Below, in pieces: positions 1 to 12,434 of a stretch of DNA of 64,000 nucleotides. Position numbers and translations under genes: made by a program. Source of the stretch: Azolla caroliniana. Lineage: Eukaryota; Plantae; Polypodiophyta. Under the pieces are notes generated by a model. The model was not told where the DNA came from. It searched no databases and saw nothing but the letters and a program-made list of their open reading frames with translations. Location of the stretch: the NCBI GenBank assembly GCA_043228905.1, contig JBHGNT010000015.1, forward strand, positions 2,108,001 through 2,172,000, in the 5' to 3' direction. How positions within the stretch are numbered: position 1 is the first letter of the stretch; each line of letters opens with the position of its first letter.

Positions 1-700
1 GAATAATCATTTGCTTCAACCAATTGAACTAATGTTTCATAATTTTTTCCGTATTTCTTGATACATCTGCTTTGGGTTATTTTCACCTCATGATCCAATT
101 GTCACGTCACCACAAGTCGATTTTCTTTTCATTCACCTTATGATAGTATATTAAGAATGTGCTCTCCTCCTTAGACATTATATCATCAAGGGTTTCTTCA
201 CACATATTAATAGACTACGGGTCCACAATATTGACACCCCACATAAAAGATGTTGTGACTATGGTTTCCATTGGGTCATTGTCGCCAAGGGGTATACCAT
301 CATTGAGCCACTATTGTCGCCAATACAATCATTGCTACCATTGTGACATTTTTTTTTCCCAAAGATTTTCTTGAATAGTATTAAGAAAAAATACCCGAAG
401 GTTACAACTTGAACTGTCAACCCAAAAGCTTACAACTTTTTATGTACAATGATGTACAATAATCCTAAGACCAAAGATAGGACTTTGTAGAAGGTGTTGG
501 AATTTCTTGATGTACACTACCATGATTTACTGATATTCAAGAGAGAGTCCATGGAAGTCGATAGTGCCATTGAGGCCCTTGAGTTGACTCTGCAAACAGG
601 GGCAACTTTTTCCATAAATGAAGAAGCTTCTTCCTTCTCTTGTTCACAGTTTCTGTCACATTCTAGACTTGAACCTTTAACTTTTAACACACACAGTACA

Positions 701-1413
701 TGACGGGAACTAGTCGTTCCTTATGCGCAACGCTCGGCCACAACCGAGCTTAGAATGATACACAGAAAACGGGAAATAAAACGCGACACAAAGAAGAGGA
801 AAAGGTACACAAGAGGTTTACGTGGAAAACCCCCAAACTAGGGGAAAAAACCACGGCAGCCCACAGGCTACAAACTGTCACTATGTAAGAATGTACAACA
901 GTGAGTTCATTGAGCCAACGACCTCGTGCTCACAGATCTTCGCCACAAGCGGCGGTTACAACAGAGGCAACAACCTCTTTCTCTCTCTCTCTCTCTGTGC
1001 ACTGTTACGTGCTCTCTCTTCTTCTTGCACCAACAAAAATGACAACAACTACTAAAAGTTTGCCCTAAGTCATATTTATACTAATATGACTTTTCGGCTA
1101 TTTACAAATATAGCCTCGATGAATCCTCAGGAAACATATTTACGAATATGTCTCTTCATCCGGTTCATACCGAGTCTGCACCATCCAGCTCTCCATAGCC
1201 GGGTACTCCTCATCCGGTCTTCACCGGGTCTGTATCATCCGGCTCTCCGTAGCCGGGTCCTCCTCATCCGGTCTTCACCGGGTCTGTATCATCCGGCTCT
1301 CCGTAGTCGGGTCCTCCTCATACAGTTTTGGCCTCGGCCTGTCGGCCTCAGCCGAGTTTGTTCCTCGGCACTGTTCTTCTCCCTTCCCATCCGGAGGGAC
1401 CTGTCTCCCAACA
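701..1413 (-). repeat. Copia A 3' LTR (three 54-bp tandem units)
   Basis: Near-identical to 5500-6268; adjacent PPT agtgaaaggggagtt at 1414-1428. Confidence 0.95.
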
Positions 1414-1423
1414 AACTCCCCTT

Positions 1424-4400
1424 TCACTCCGGCATGGGGTGTCTTACCAGTCCGATCCTCTTCCGGCATGCGTCCAGCTTGTCGGGTGTCAGCACTTTGG
1501 TCAGCATATCTGACCCGTTCTCGGCCGTGTGGATCTTCGTCAGTGCGAACTCCTGATCATCTACTCTTTCTCGGATCCAATGATACCTCCGCTGGATATG
1601 CTTCGTCCGGGAATGGTAGGCCGCATTCTTAGCAAGGTGGATGGCACTTTGACTGTCGCAATAGAGTCGGTATTCCTCTTGCCGGATACCGAGCTCTCCG
1701 ATGAAGTCCTTCATCCATAAAATTTCCTTGCCGGCTTCCACAGCTGCCATGTACTCCGCCTCCGTGGTTGACAATGCAACCGTCTTCTGTAGCCTCGACT
1801 GCCACGAAACAGCTCCCCCTGCATATGTCATTACATACCCGGATGTAGATCGGCTGGTATCCACATCAGCTGACATGTCCAAATCGGTGAAACCGTCCAA
1901 TTGAGGTTTTCCGGAGCCGAATCGAAGACACATATTTGAAGTGCCCTTCAAATACCGGAGTATCCATTTGACCGCGTTCAAGTGCTCCTTGCCGGGATTA
2001 CTCTTGAACCGGCTCACCACTCCGACTACGTATCCTATATCCAGTCGAGTACAAACCATTGTGTACATCAAGCTCCCGATGGCAGAGGCATATGGAATCT
2101 TTATCATATCTGCCTTCTCTGCTTTCGTCTTCGGGCTTTGCTTGCCGGATAGCCTACAGTTTGCCGGAAGTGTCGATCCCACCGGTTTCGCTTCTGACAT
2201 GTTGAACCGGTGAAGCACCTTTGTCACATACTTCTCCTGTGACAGCCATAATGGCTTTGCTGACCGGTTCCGGATGATGTGCATCCCCAACATCTATCTT
2301 GCCGGACCCAAGTCTTTCATTGAGAAGGTCCGGTTGAGAGCCTTCTTCAGCATCCGTATTTTGACTTGGTCACGTCCGACGATCAACATGTCATCCACGT
2401 ACAGAAGGAGTATTAGGAAGTCGCCTCCTTCGAACTTCTTCACAAACACACAGTGATCGGCCTGTGTCTTGTGGTACCCTTGATCGGTCATGAAGGAATC
2501 GAACTTCCCGTACCATTGCCGGGGAGCCTGCTTCAGTCCGTACAGGTTCTTCTTCAACCGGCATACCAGGTGCTCCTTCCCTTTCTCCACGAATCCTTCC
2601 GGTTGCTGCATGTAGATCTCCTCTTCGAGGTCGTCGTGAAGGATTGTCGTTTCACGTCCAGCTGCTCTACCTCGAGGTCCATGCTTGCTGCTATACTCAG
2701 CACCGTCCGGATGGAGGTCATCTTTACTACCGGGGCAAATATCTCGTCGAAGTCCACACCCTTCTTCTGCTGGAACCCCTTCACCACGATCCTGGCTTTG
2801 TATCTCGGGGGGTTCCCGGCATCTCCCGGTTTCAACTTGTACACCCACTTGTTTCGCAGTGCCCGCTTTCCTTTCGGCAACCCCACCAATTCGTACGTAT
2901 GGTTCTCATGCAAGGAATCCATCTCATCCTGCACGGCACTTAACCATTTTCGGCTGTGGGTGTCTTCCTTCGCTTCTTCGAAGCTTTCCGGCTCCCCCTC
3001 ATTGGTCAGCAGAACATGCTCTGCATCCGGAAATCTCCGGGGTGCCCTTCTCTCTCTGAGAGGATATCTCCGTCTTTGGGCTTCGGTAACCAGCTCATCC
3101 ATCTGCTCTTCATCCGAATCCGATTCGGGGTCTTGGACAGTTCCGGTTTCAGCTTCCTCTACTTCTTCTTCAGCCTGTTCGGTATCCTCACCGTAACCGG
3201 CTGGTCCCTCGAGTGCTAACCGGTCTCGAACTGGTTGGGTCCGCTCATCGTAGAGTCTATCCTTACCGGTCGACTCGGAGTTCATTATCTTCTTCTCCGA
3301 CTCCCAGTCGGCGAGTGTCTTGTTCTCCATGAAGATAATATCTCGACTCTGGAATACCTTCTTGTCGACCGGGTCCCACACTCGGTAGCCGAACTCATCG
3401 TCACCGTAACCGAGGAATATGCATGGCCGGGTCTTTGGATCTAACTTTCCTCTCCGGTCCTTACCTACATGCACGTACGCGAGACACCCGAATACCTTCA
3501 GATGCCGATAGGATACTTCCTTATTGGTCCATACTCTCTGTGGCGTGTCTCCGTCCAAGGGTACTGAGGGTGATCTATTTATCACATATGTCGTCGTCTA
3601 CAATGCCTCAGCCCAAAACTTCTTGGGTAGTTTTGCATGCGCTAGCATACTCTGGACCCTCTCCATTATGGTCCGGTTCATCCTCTCGGCCAGTCCGTTT
3701 AGTTCCGGCAACTTTGGCACGGTAAATTCGAGCCGGATTCCCTTCGAGCGGCAGTACTCCTCGAACTGCCCCCGGTATTCTCCTCCGTTATCTGCTCGAA
3801 CCGCCTTCAGCTTCCAGCCGGTTTCTCTTTCCACTCTCGCGTGGAGCTCTTTGAAGACGGATAACACCTGATCCTTCGTCTTCAACGGTGTGGCCCACAG
3901 CTTCCAGCTGTGGTCATCTATGAACGTCACGAAGTACTGCGCTCCGGCATGTGACTTCGTGTCTACTTGACACACATCCGTTGCACCAACTCCAATGGTG
4001 CATCACGTCTCATCGGTGGCCTTGGTCGGAAGGAGGTCCGGTTCTGCTTGCCGGCCAAACAATCAATGTACTTCTCTAAGTGCAGGTTCTTCACTGGAAT
4101 GAGGATGTCGTCTGCAAGCCTCTTCATCCCCGTCTCGCTCATATGACACAACCTCTTGTGCCACAGCTCACCGGCAGTGTCGGATGCCACGTTCACTTCT
4201 TCCGGGCACAGCTGGGCATTCATCAGGTACAGTGTGTTTACCTTCCGGGCCCGAGCCACAATCAGGCTCCCTTTGTTGAACTTCATGACACCGTTCCGGA
4301 TGCTACCCGTGTAGCCCTCATCATCTAGCCGACCGGCTGATATTAGGTTCAGTCGAACCTCCGGAACGTGTCGTGACATCCCTCAGCAGCAACTTGCATC

Positions 4401-5469
4401 CGGTTGGTGTCGACAGCCACACGTCTCCTATGCCGACAATTCGGCATGTACCTTCATTCCCCATCCTGACACAGCCGTGATCACCGGCTGAGTAGGATGA
4501 GAAGCATTTCCGGTCCGGGGTAAGGTGGAACGATGCTCCAGAGTCTACCACCCAGGTCATCTCGTCGCCGGCAAGGTTTATCTCACTCTCCTCGGTGATG
4601 AGCATCAGCTCCTCTTCACTTGCCGCGATTGCCGTCGTTCCCTTCCGGTCCGGCCCCCTCCGGTCTTTACTGTTCCGGTCCGGGGTTTGCTTCGAATCGG
4701 TACCGTCGGTCTCCTTACCTTTTCGGAAATGCCGACAGTTCTTTTGGAAGTGTCCCGGCTTGCCGCAATAGAAGCAAGTAGGCCTCCCCCTTGACTTTGA
4801 CCGTGTCCCCGACTTCTCCCGGTTCTGGGGACTACGATTTCTATGTCTTCCGCGTTCCGATTTGGTAAGGAGCGCTTTGGAGTCGGAGCTCGTATCTTTA
4901 TCTTTCCGACGCGCCTCCTCATCTAGCAAGCTCGACTTTACTCCTGCTAGGGATAACTGTTTTCCTTCCGGCCCGGCGTTGCCCAAAGTGACAACCAACG
5001 TCTCCCAGCTATCCGGGAGGGAACCGAGCAGGAGTAGCGCTAGTACCTCATCGGCGAGAGGTACTTCCAGTGACGTTGCCTGGTGTATCAGCCCCTGGAA
5101 GGCATTCATGTGCTCCGCCATGTTGGAGCCATCTTGGTACTGGAGTCTTACTATCTTCCGGAATACCGAAACCTGATTAACAACATTTTTGTTTTGAAAC
5201 ATTATGCCGATCTTCTCCCAGAGCTCATGAGCCTTGCTCTCTTCATTGAAGTTGTTGTACAAACTCATGTCGATGAAGCACTGTATGTAAGCCGTTCTCT
5301 TCATGTGTGTCACCTCCCATATCGCGGCGTCGATTTTGTCCGGTCTCTTGTCCCCGAACTGAACCGGCAGCCAGAGGTCTTTGACCACAAGCATGTCCCT
5401 CATCTTCGACTTCCATACCGAATAGTTGGAGCCGGTGAGCTTGAACATGCCGCCAGACGATTCGTCCAT
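1424..5469 (-). pseudogene. Copia A gag-pol, frameshifted
   Basis: Gag with CFYCGKPGHFQKNC knuckle and DSGAS protease (4321-5469); GAG-pre-integrase LWHKRLCH (3963-4379); integrase (3598-3975); RT LLLYVDDM (2294-3585); RNase H (1424-2293). Confidence 0.95.
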
Positions 5470-5485
5470 ATTTCTGTGTTGTTTC

Positions 5486-5497
5486 GCTTTGATACCA
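5486..5497 (-). promoter_or_regulatory. PBS complementary to initiator tRNA-Met (TGGTATCAAAGC)
   Basis: 2 nt inside the 5' LTR; one mismatch to canonical TGGTATCAGAGC. Confidence 0.9.
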
Positions 5498-5499
5498 CT

Positions 5500-5773
5500 T
5501 GACGGGAACTAGTCGTTCCTTATGCGCAACGCTCGGCCACAACCGAGCTTAGAATGATACACAGAAAACGGGAAATAAAACGCGACACAAAGAAGAGGAA
5601 AAGGTACACAGGAGGTTTACGTGGAAAACCCCCAAACTAGGGGAAAAAACCACGGCAGCCCACAGGCTGCAAACTATCACTATGTAAGAATGTACAACAG
5701 TGAGTTCACTGAGGCAACGACCTCATGCTCACAGATCTTCGCCACAGGCGGCGGTTACAACAGAGGCAACAAC

Positions 5774-5814
<41 letters not shown>

Positions 5815-6268
5815 CACTGTTACGTGCTCTCTCTTCTTCTTGCACCAACAAAAATGACAACAACTACTAAAAGTTTGCCCTAAGTCATATTTATACTAAT
5901 ATGACTTTTCGGCTATTTACAAATATAGTCTCGATGAATTCTCAAGAAACATATTTACGAATATGCCTCTTCATCCGGTTCATACCGGGTCTGCACCATC
6001 CGACTCTCCGTAGCCGGGTACTCCTCATCCGGTCTTCACCGGGTCTGTATCATCCAGCTCTCCGTAGCCGGGTCCTCCTCATCCGGTCTTCACCGGGTCT
6101 GTATCATCCGGCTCTCCGTAGCCGGGTACTCCTCATCCGGTCTTCACCGGGTCTGTATCATCCGGCTCTCCGTAGCCGGGTCCTCCTCATACGGTTTCGG
6201 CCTCGGCCGAGTTTGTTCATCGGCACTGTTCTTCTCCCTTCCCATCCGAAGGGACCTATCTCCCAACA
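5500..6268 (-). repeat. Copia A 5' LTR (four 54-bp tandem units)
   Basis: TGTTGGGAGA...CCCGTCA on the minus strand, followed by the PBS. Confidence 0.95.
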
Positions 6269-6898
6269 GTACATTGTGTTGTGTTAACCATATGGAAACT
6301 CCTGTGAACTATCTACATAGATTGTGAACTTGTATATATTGTAGAGTCTAGTGTATGGTACATTCGAGAATATTTTAGTCGTTAGTATATTCTAGAATTA
6401 TTATGTGGTATATTCTAAACGGGTATATTCTCGAGATATTTCTTGAGTATATTCTAGAGGTATTCAATCTCGGAAATTGTATAAATACTTGTAACATCCT
6501 TGGTCCCTTTCAGGGAATTCAACACCAGTCATTGACACATCAATCTAGTATTCTCGTTTCATTCCATCTTGTGTCCTTCTTCATCTTTGTTGTCATTCTC
6601 TTAGACAGAAATAGAGGTCAAGTAGACAAAGATGAGGCGAAACGAGAATACTAGATTGATGTGTCAATACTGGTGTTGAATCCCCTCCAACTGGAAGCAC
6701 CACCCGTCTTTGTCATCACCTTTGCTTCTAGAGTTACCATCATCACCGTCCTTGCTTCCGGAGTTACCGTCATCAACATCCTTCTCTTTGGCATAATCAT
6801 TTTCAGCACCTCTTCGCCCAACCATCGTCGTCATCAACACTACTTGTCATCATTTTTAGGTATCATTTTGCATCATTGTTTTGCTGAGGAGTGCTTTC

Positions 6899-7235
6899 GA
6901 TCACTCACCTTCCCAGTTCCGGTGGGGGTCACAACCGCTCACTTTCCTGGTGGGGATCGGATCATTGCTCTCTTGCACTGCATTTTCGTTATAGTTCAAG
7001 TCTCGGGAAACTTTCTGTTGGCGAGGATCGCTTTGATCTCTCACCTTCCCAGTTCCAGTGGGGGTTACAACCACTCACTTTCCTGGTGGGGATCGAATCG
7101 TTGTTCGCTTGCACTCCATTTTTCATTTCGTTCTACATTTTATTCCACTCTCTTTTGACGAGGGTCAATTTCGATCACTCACCTTCTAGTTTCGGTGGGG
7201 GTCACAACTGCTCACTTTCCTAGTGGGGATCACAT
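6899..7235 (+). repeat. Three ~137-bp-period repeats (core gatcactcaccttcccagttcc..ggtggggatc)
   Basis: Cores at 6899, 7035 and 7173. Confidence 0.8.
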
Positions 7236-7359
7236 CGGTTTCTCGCTAGTGCTACCGTTTGTGCCGTGTATTGGGTCAACCTCGACTATTTACCCTCTCA
7301 TAATAGAAGAAGTCAAGTCAACTATTTCACTTGCACTCCTTCGCCCGTTGTTGTTCAAA

Positions 7360-7920
7360 TTCTCGGTGAGGGCCACATGGTCGATCATGTCCGTTCATGT
7401 TCAGTTCTTGTGAGGGCCGCATGGTCGCTCATGCCCGTTCATGTTCAGTTCTCGGTGAGGGCCACATGGTCGCTCACGTTCGTTCGTGTTCCAGTTCTCG
7501 GTGAGGGCCACCTGGTTGCTCACGTCCGTTCGTGTTTTTTATGAGGACCGCACATGGTCACTCACATTCCAGTTCCCAATGAGGGCCACACATGGTCGCT
7601 CACATCCGTTCGTGTTCTAGTTCTCAGTGAGGACTGCATGGTCGCTCACGCCCGTTGGTGTTCGTGTTCCAACTCTCGGCGAGGACCGACATGGTCTCTC
7701 ATGCTCGTTGGTGTTCGTGTTCCCAGTGAGGACCACACATGATCACTCACGCTCGTTGGTATTCGTGTTCCAGTTCCCCACGAGGACCGCACATGGTTGC
7801 TCATGCTCGTTAGTGTTCGTGCTCCCCATGAGGACCGCACATGGTCACTCACACATGTTGGTATTCGTGTTCCAGTCTTGGGCAAGGACCGCACATGGTC
7901 GCTCATGTCCGTTGGTGTTC
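7360..7920 (+). repeat. Degenerate ~45-bp tandem array (~12 units; gaggRccRcatggtcgctcaYgYccgtt)
   Basis: The motif recurs head-to-tail in the internal region of the 654-8797 element. Confidence 0.85.
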
Positions 7921-8180
7921 AATACCTCGTCTTCTAGAAGGGTTACTACAAAATACTTTGGAGGTGGTCTAAGATTTTCATCAACAGTATCCCCTTAAGC
8001 CAAGGACCGGTTTGGGAAGGTGGCGTAAGAGGGGAGATAATGTCACATTCTAGACTCGAACCTCTGCCTTTCAACACACGGTACATTGTGTTGTGTTAAC
8101 CATATGTAAAATCTTGTAACCTATCCACATTAGATTGTGAACTTGTATATGTTGTAGAGTCTAGTGTATAATACATTCGA

Positions 8181-8639
8181 GAATATTCTAGTTGTTAGTA
8201 TATTCTAGAATTATTTTGTGGTATTTTCTAAATGGGTATATTCTCGAGATATTTCTCGAGTATATTCTATAGTTATTCAATCTCGGAAATTGTATAAATA
8301 CTTGTAACATTATTGGTCCCTTTCAGGTGATTCAAATTGTCACAGACACACCAAGTGCGGACTTAGACGGAGCACGAATGATAAGTCTACGAGGAACTTC
8401 AGAAGCTAGGAATGACATAAGAGAATGAAGACAAAGATGAAGAAGGACACAAGATGGAATGAAACAAGAATACTAGATTGATGTGTGAATGACTGGTGTT
8501 GAATCCCTTGAAAGGGACCAAGGATGTTACAAGTATTTATGCCATTTCTGAGATTGAATATCTTTAGAATATACTCGAGAAATAGATTCCCGAGAATATA
8601 CTCGTTTAGAATATACCATAGAATAATTCTAGAATATAC
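8181..8639. promoter_or_regulatory. Cluster of 8 P1BS-like motifs (GNATATNC) in LTR copies B and C; 4 more at 6385-6454
   Basis: Exact matches start at 8181, 8198, 8236, 8260, 8567, 8594, 8609, 8632 and 6385, 6408, 6423, 6447. Function untested. Confidence 0.45.
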
Positions 8640-8797
8640 TAACAACTAAAATATTCTTGAATGTACTATACACTAGACTCTACAATATATACAAGTTCAC
8701 AATCCATGTGGACAGTTCACAAGAGTTTCCATATGGTTAACACAACACAATGTACTGTGTGTGTTAAAAGTTAACGGTTTGAGACTAGACTGTGACA
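8338..8797 (-). repeat. Complete 460-bp LTR copy C (TGTCACA..TGTGACA)
   Basis: Reverse complement of LTR copies A and B; 7-bp terminal inverted repeats. Confidence 0.85.
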
Positions 8798-11360
8798 GTT
8801 TCTAGGGAACCATGCATATTGTCATACTGGCCACGGACTACTGGCAGGCAGCGAGTTATCCCATATTTCAAGTAGGACATCTACGAGATGAAGATCTACC
8901 GCATCATAATGTTGGTTACATCGACATTCCCATAATGCCCATAACGTTACCGCAATCACTGTTTTCCAAATTTGGACAGATCACACATGCTTTCGAGGTT
9001 GATGAAAGGGGCTAACTAATATCAATCTTCTATTATGTATTGTTATTGCCTCTTGAACATTGTGTGCTTCATACAACAACAAGATGGAATGTAACACTCC
9101 CCACATTGCTAATCCCCATGAAAATAGGCAGCCAACATTGATTGTTAAGAATAACAAAAGGACTTTATTCCATACTTGTTGAGCCAAGGGACAAGTCTTA
9201 GACTCGAGGATATGCTTGGCAATCTCCTGAGCTTCATGGCAAAAGCCACATTGCCGAAGATTAGGTGCTACATTCCCTTTCAATGAATGACCAACTCGTA
9301 ATGCCATATGCACTAATAGCCATCTAAAGAGAATAAATTTAGTCAGCCCCTTAAATGACCAGATCCATCTCCAATAGGTTTTCAAATGCAAAGTTGAGAC
9401 ACCCTAGGTGGTCCAATGTTTCTGAGGCACTAGTTTCTTTACATTCCGAGAGAGCAGTAATGATCTTCCAAGTTTTACTGAGTACTGAAAGAAGGGAACC
9501 TTTGTGATTTGTTCCTCCAAGGAATGTGACCAAAACCAATCTTGCAACAGGGTCTTTTGTGTATAACCACAACATATGACATATGAGCAATTGAAGGATA
9601 AGGATCAAACATCCATTTCTTTCCTGTTTTAGAAACCACTCTGAATGTTGCACATCGCAAGTGATAACTGCAATCAAAGGTATAAGGTTGCAATCTATGG
9701 TTGTCTATGACCTGAAAACAAGAAGCACACCCTTAACAACCATCAATGTGTCATGTATGAAGCATCCAAACCACACACGTTCCTACTTGGGTTGGAGGGT
9801 TGTAGAAAACGAAGAATATGCTTTTGACATGCTAACAGTCATTATCTTGGCACCATGAATAGATTGTAAATGTGCAAGTCGATCTTCTTCTATCATTTGC
9901 TGAAATTGAGTCCAAGTTCTTACAACCCATTATCCAATTTACCTAGGCAATGCAAGTTCTCTGGCCCAACATTTTTCCTTCATTATCCCGAAATAGAAAA
10001 TTGTCAAGAAGAGATTGATTAAGTAATTCATCCCACGTAGAAGGTTTGTCCTTAAGCAAGAAGGACTTAATCACATCCCATGGCTTTATTATTCCTAGCA
10101 AAAATCTATTGGATGCAACATCCCGCCTTGGCATTCGCACATCATTCAAGAAACCATTGTGGCATTTTTGCAAATGAAGAGATCATCTTAATGATGCAAT
10201 CAATGAAAGAGAGAGAGAAGAATAACTAGGATGATCGAGCAAGTGAAGAATAAGACCACAAAACTACGCATGAAAGAGTGTAGAGCAAAGATGTGAAATG
10301 GGAGGCATGCAATGACTAATGGTCACATCAATGCAACTAAGTCATGTAGTCGATTCAAGTCAATAGATAATCAAAGCGATCATCAAGTCTCAGAGCCAAT
10401 CATGAAGATGAACTTATAAGAGTCAAATGATGGCCACTATTTGATCTTTAAGAGTTGAGTATATCTTGCCTCTAAGTGACATTAGAGTGTCGAGCCATGC
10501 CATGAGATAACTATCTTAATGTCCATTAGCCTATAGTTGAGTTGAGAGATGATAGTTAGGAAGAGGGATCGCAGATGATGAATAAAGGATTAGTGTAAAG
10601 AGGAGAAGATGTTGAGGATGAAGAATGAATCAATTGAGAATAAAAAGTTGTATAAAAATATAGTAAATTTGTGGTTGTATACATGGAAGTAGTTTAGTGA
10701 ATACTCAACTACAAAAGTAGGAAGTTCTTCAATTTGCTTCTAAATTGGGTTGATGACATGCATGAATTAGGAAATAACTATTTAAAATTCTTGATGTTGA
10801 TTTTGACAATGAAGAAATGCCAAGTCTTACAATTTGCCATTGGAAGCTGACAAGGAACGAGCTTTAAATATTGTTATTGACAAGAAATAAACTTTTGAAG
10901 CCGAGTCATCATGGGAAACGAAGTTGACAATTTGGAAGATCAATGGGTTTTAGGTGGCCTTTCTCAAAATATTAATTTTGAAATTCAGAAGTGTGTCATG
11001 ACTCAAGGTGAGGGCCTTAGTGTTCAAGAAGTAGAGGGCAATGACACTTATAATAAAGAAGAAGAAACGGGAAGAACTATGGGTCAATTTGAAGTCAAGG
11101 GATTAAAGTGAGTGGCCTTAAGAAGTTATTACTTATGTTTGGACGCAAAGGAAGTAGACTACGTGGCATATAGAAGGAAAAGAGGGTAAGCATGTTATGA
11201 AGAAATATACCAATCTATTGAAAAATACACACATTAACATTAGTGGGAGCTTCTTTTGTGCATATGATAATGGAGTGCACGTGAAGCCCCACCACACACA
11301 CATTCTCTCTCTCTCTCTACCACACACACATACACGTTCTCTCTAACACACACGCACATT

Positions 11361-11363
<3 letters not shown>

Positions 11364-11407
<44 letters not shown>

Positions 11408-11481
11408 CAAAAACACATATGAGCTCAAGATTCTATCCCCTAACATGGATAAGTTACTTAAATACCCCCAAATGGGATCTG

Positions 11482-11530
<49 letters not shown>
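11364..11530. repeat. Two (CT)n microsatellites upstream of PHO1
   Basis: CT runs at ~11364-11405 and ~11487-11530; TATATAAA at 11552. Confidence 0.9.
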
Positions 11531-11532
<2 letters not shown>

Positions 11533-11989
11533 CCTACCTTCTCACCTCGCTTATATAAATTGGAACCTTAGGTACCATATGCATCTTCCCCCCCTCTCAT
11601 GGCTTACTTATTTTTGGGTTACTTTAAGTAACCATAACCATTTACCATATATCACCTTTTGTTTGAAACTTCGTCTCATTAGCCCATTTAAACATTTAAT
11701 TACGATTCCCATCAAAACTCAAGTGCCATTATTTCCCTAATCTTGCATCAATTCTCTAAAACTAACATGACCTTATTCTTAATTTAGCATTAATCCTCTA
11801 AACTTGCCTCAATCACTCATTAATTCACTATACTTTACTTAATCTCCTCCTTAATTATTGATCATCTTCACTAAACAACCTAAGGAGAGTTTATCCCATA
11901 ATTATGATTAGTACACTTATATATGGTATAACTAGGCTTGTGAACATATAGAAGTAATTTAACATTGAGCTAATTTACTACCTTGGATT

Positions 11990-12345
11990 CTTCCATCAAA
12001 GTAAGTTGGGTCTCTAGACCATTAGACTTAGTTATCATTCCAACCAAGTTTAAACTAAATTGGGTCACTAGACTATGATAACTTTGTAACATTTCAAATG
12101 GTGTCAAAACTAAATTGGGCTACTAGACTACTATAACTACTTGGCTTTCCATATCAAGTCGAAACTAAGTTGGGTCCTATGACTGTTGTAATTACTTCAC
12201 ATTTCAAACCAAGTTAACGAAGTTAGGTTAATAGATTAACTAGTGTCATTTCAAATTGACTTTAAATTTTGCTACATCACTAGACTAACTAGGTGTTGAT
12301 TTCAAATCAAGTTAAAACTAAGTTGGGTAACTTAACTAACTAGTC
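11990..12345 (+). repeat. Degenerate ~55-60-bp tandem repeat (aaactaaRttggg..ctagact) just upstream of PHO1
   Basis: About 6 recurrences of the aaRttggg..tagact core. Confidence 0.65.
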
Positions 12346-12434
12346 TTTGATACACAATTATAAAGTTAAATGACTTTGTTGACTGTTTTTTCCCTCATGA
12401 TTTCCCATTTATTAGATTTTACTAGAGGTTAGAA

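Larger units (their letters stand above)
701..6268 (-). mobile_element. Full-length degenerate Ty1/Copia LTR retrotransposon (Tnt1-like), Copia A
   Basis: Direct LTRs 5500-6268 and 701-1413 (TG..CA). TSD GTACA at 696-700 and 6269-6273. PBS, PPT and gag-PR-IN-RT-RH order present. Confidence 0.97.
654..8797. mobile_element. Non-coding LTR-derived element with inverted terminal LTR copies; 5-bp TSD GTTTC
   Basis: Starts TGTCACA (654) and ends TGTGACA (8797). GTTTC at 649-653 and 8798-8802. LTR copies: A(+) 654-700 plus 6274-~6604, B(+) 8041-8336, C(-) 8338-8797. Purine tract aagaggggagataa precedes B. Confidence 0.8.
354..10152 (-). mobile_element. 5'-truncated L1-like LINE (~1.65 kb net), split by the 654-8797 insertion
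   Basis: zf-RVT-like text in ORF 8981-9391 (WRWIW..CGFC..E...H...CP.AQQVW). T-run at 349-357 is the minus-strand poly(A). TSD accattgtg(a/g)cattttt at 337-353 and 10153-10169. ORF2 C-terminus reads through (..HGSL-ET-VNKRRKK..) when 654-8802 is removed. Confidence 0.8.

Noticed and set aside
1086-1556. Repeat peptides (HPALRSRVLLIRSSPGLY / EEYPATESRM) in the Copia LTRs
   Set aside because: By-product of a 54-bp in-frame minisatellite; frames are not conserved among copies.
7360-7920. CRISPR-like repeat array
   Set aside because: Units are head-to-tail degenerate copies without unique spacers; there are no cas genes and the context is a eukaryotic TE.
654-8797. DIRS-type element (inverted termini plus internal complementary region)
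   Set aside because: No tyrosine recombinase or RT. A 5-bp TSD, TG..CA ends and a PPT point to DDE-integrase LTR ancestry.
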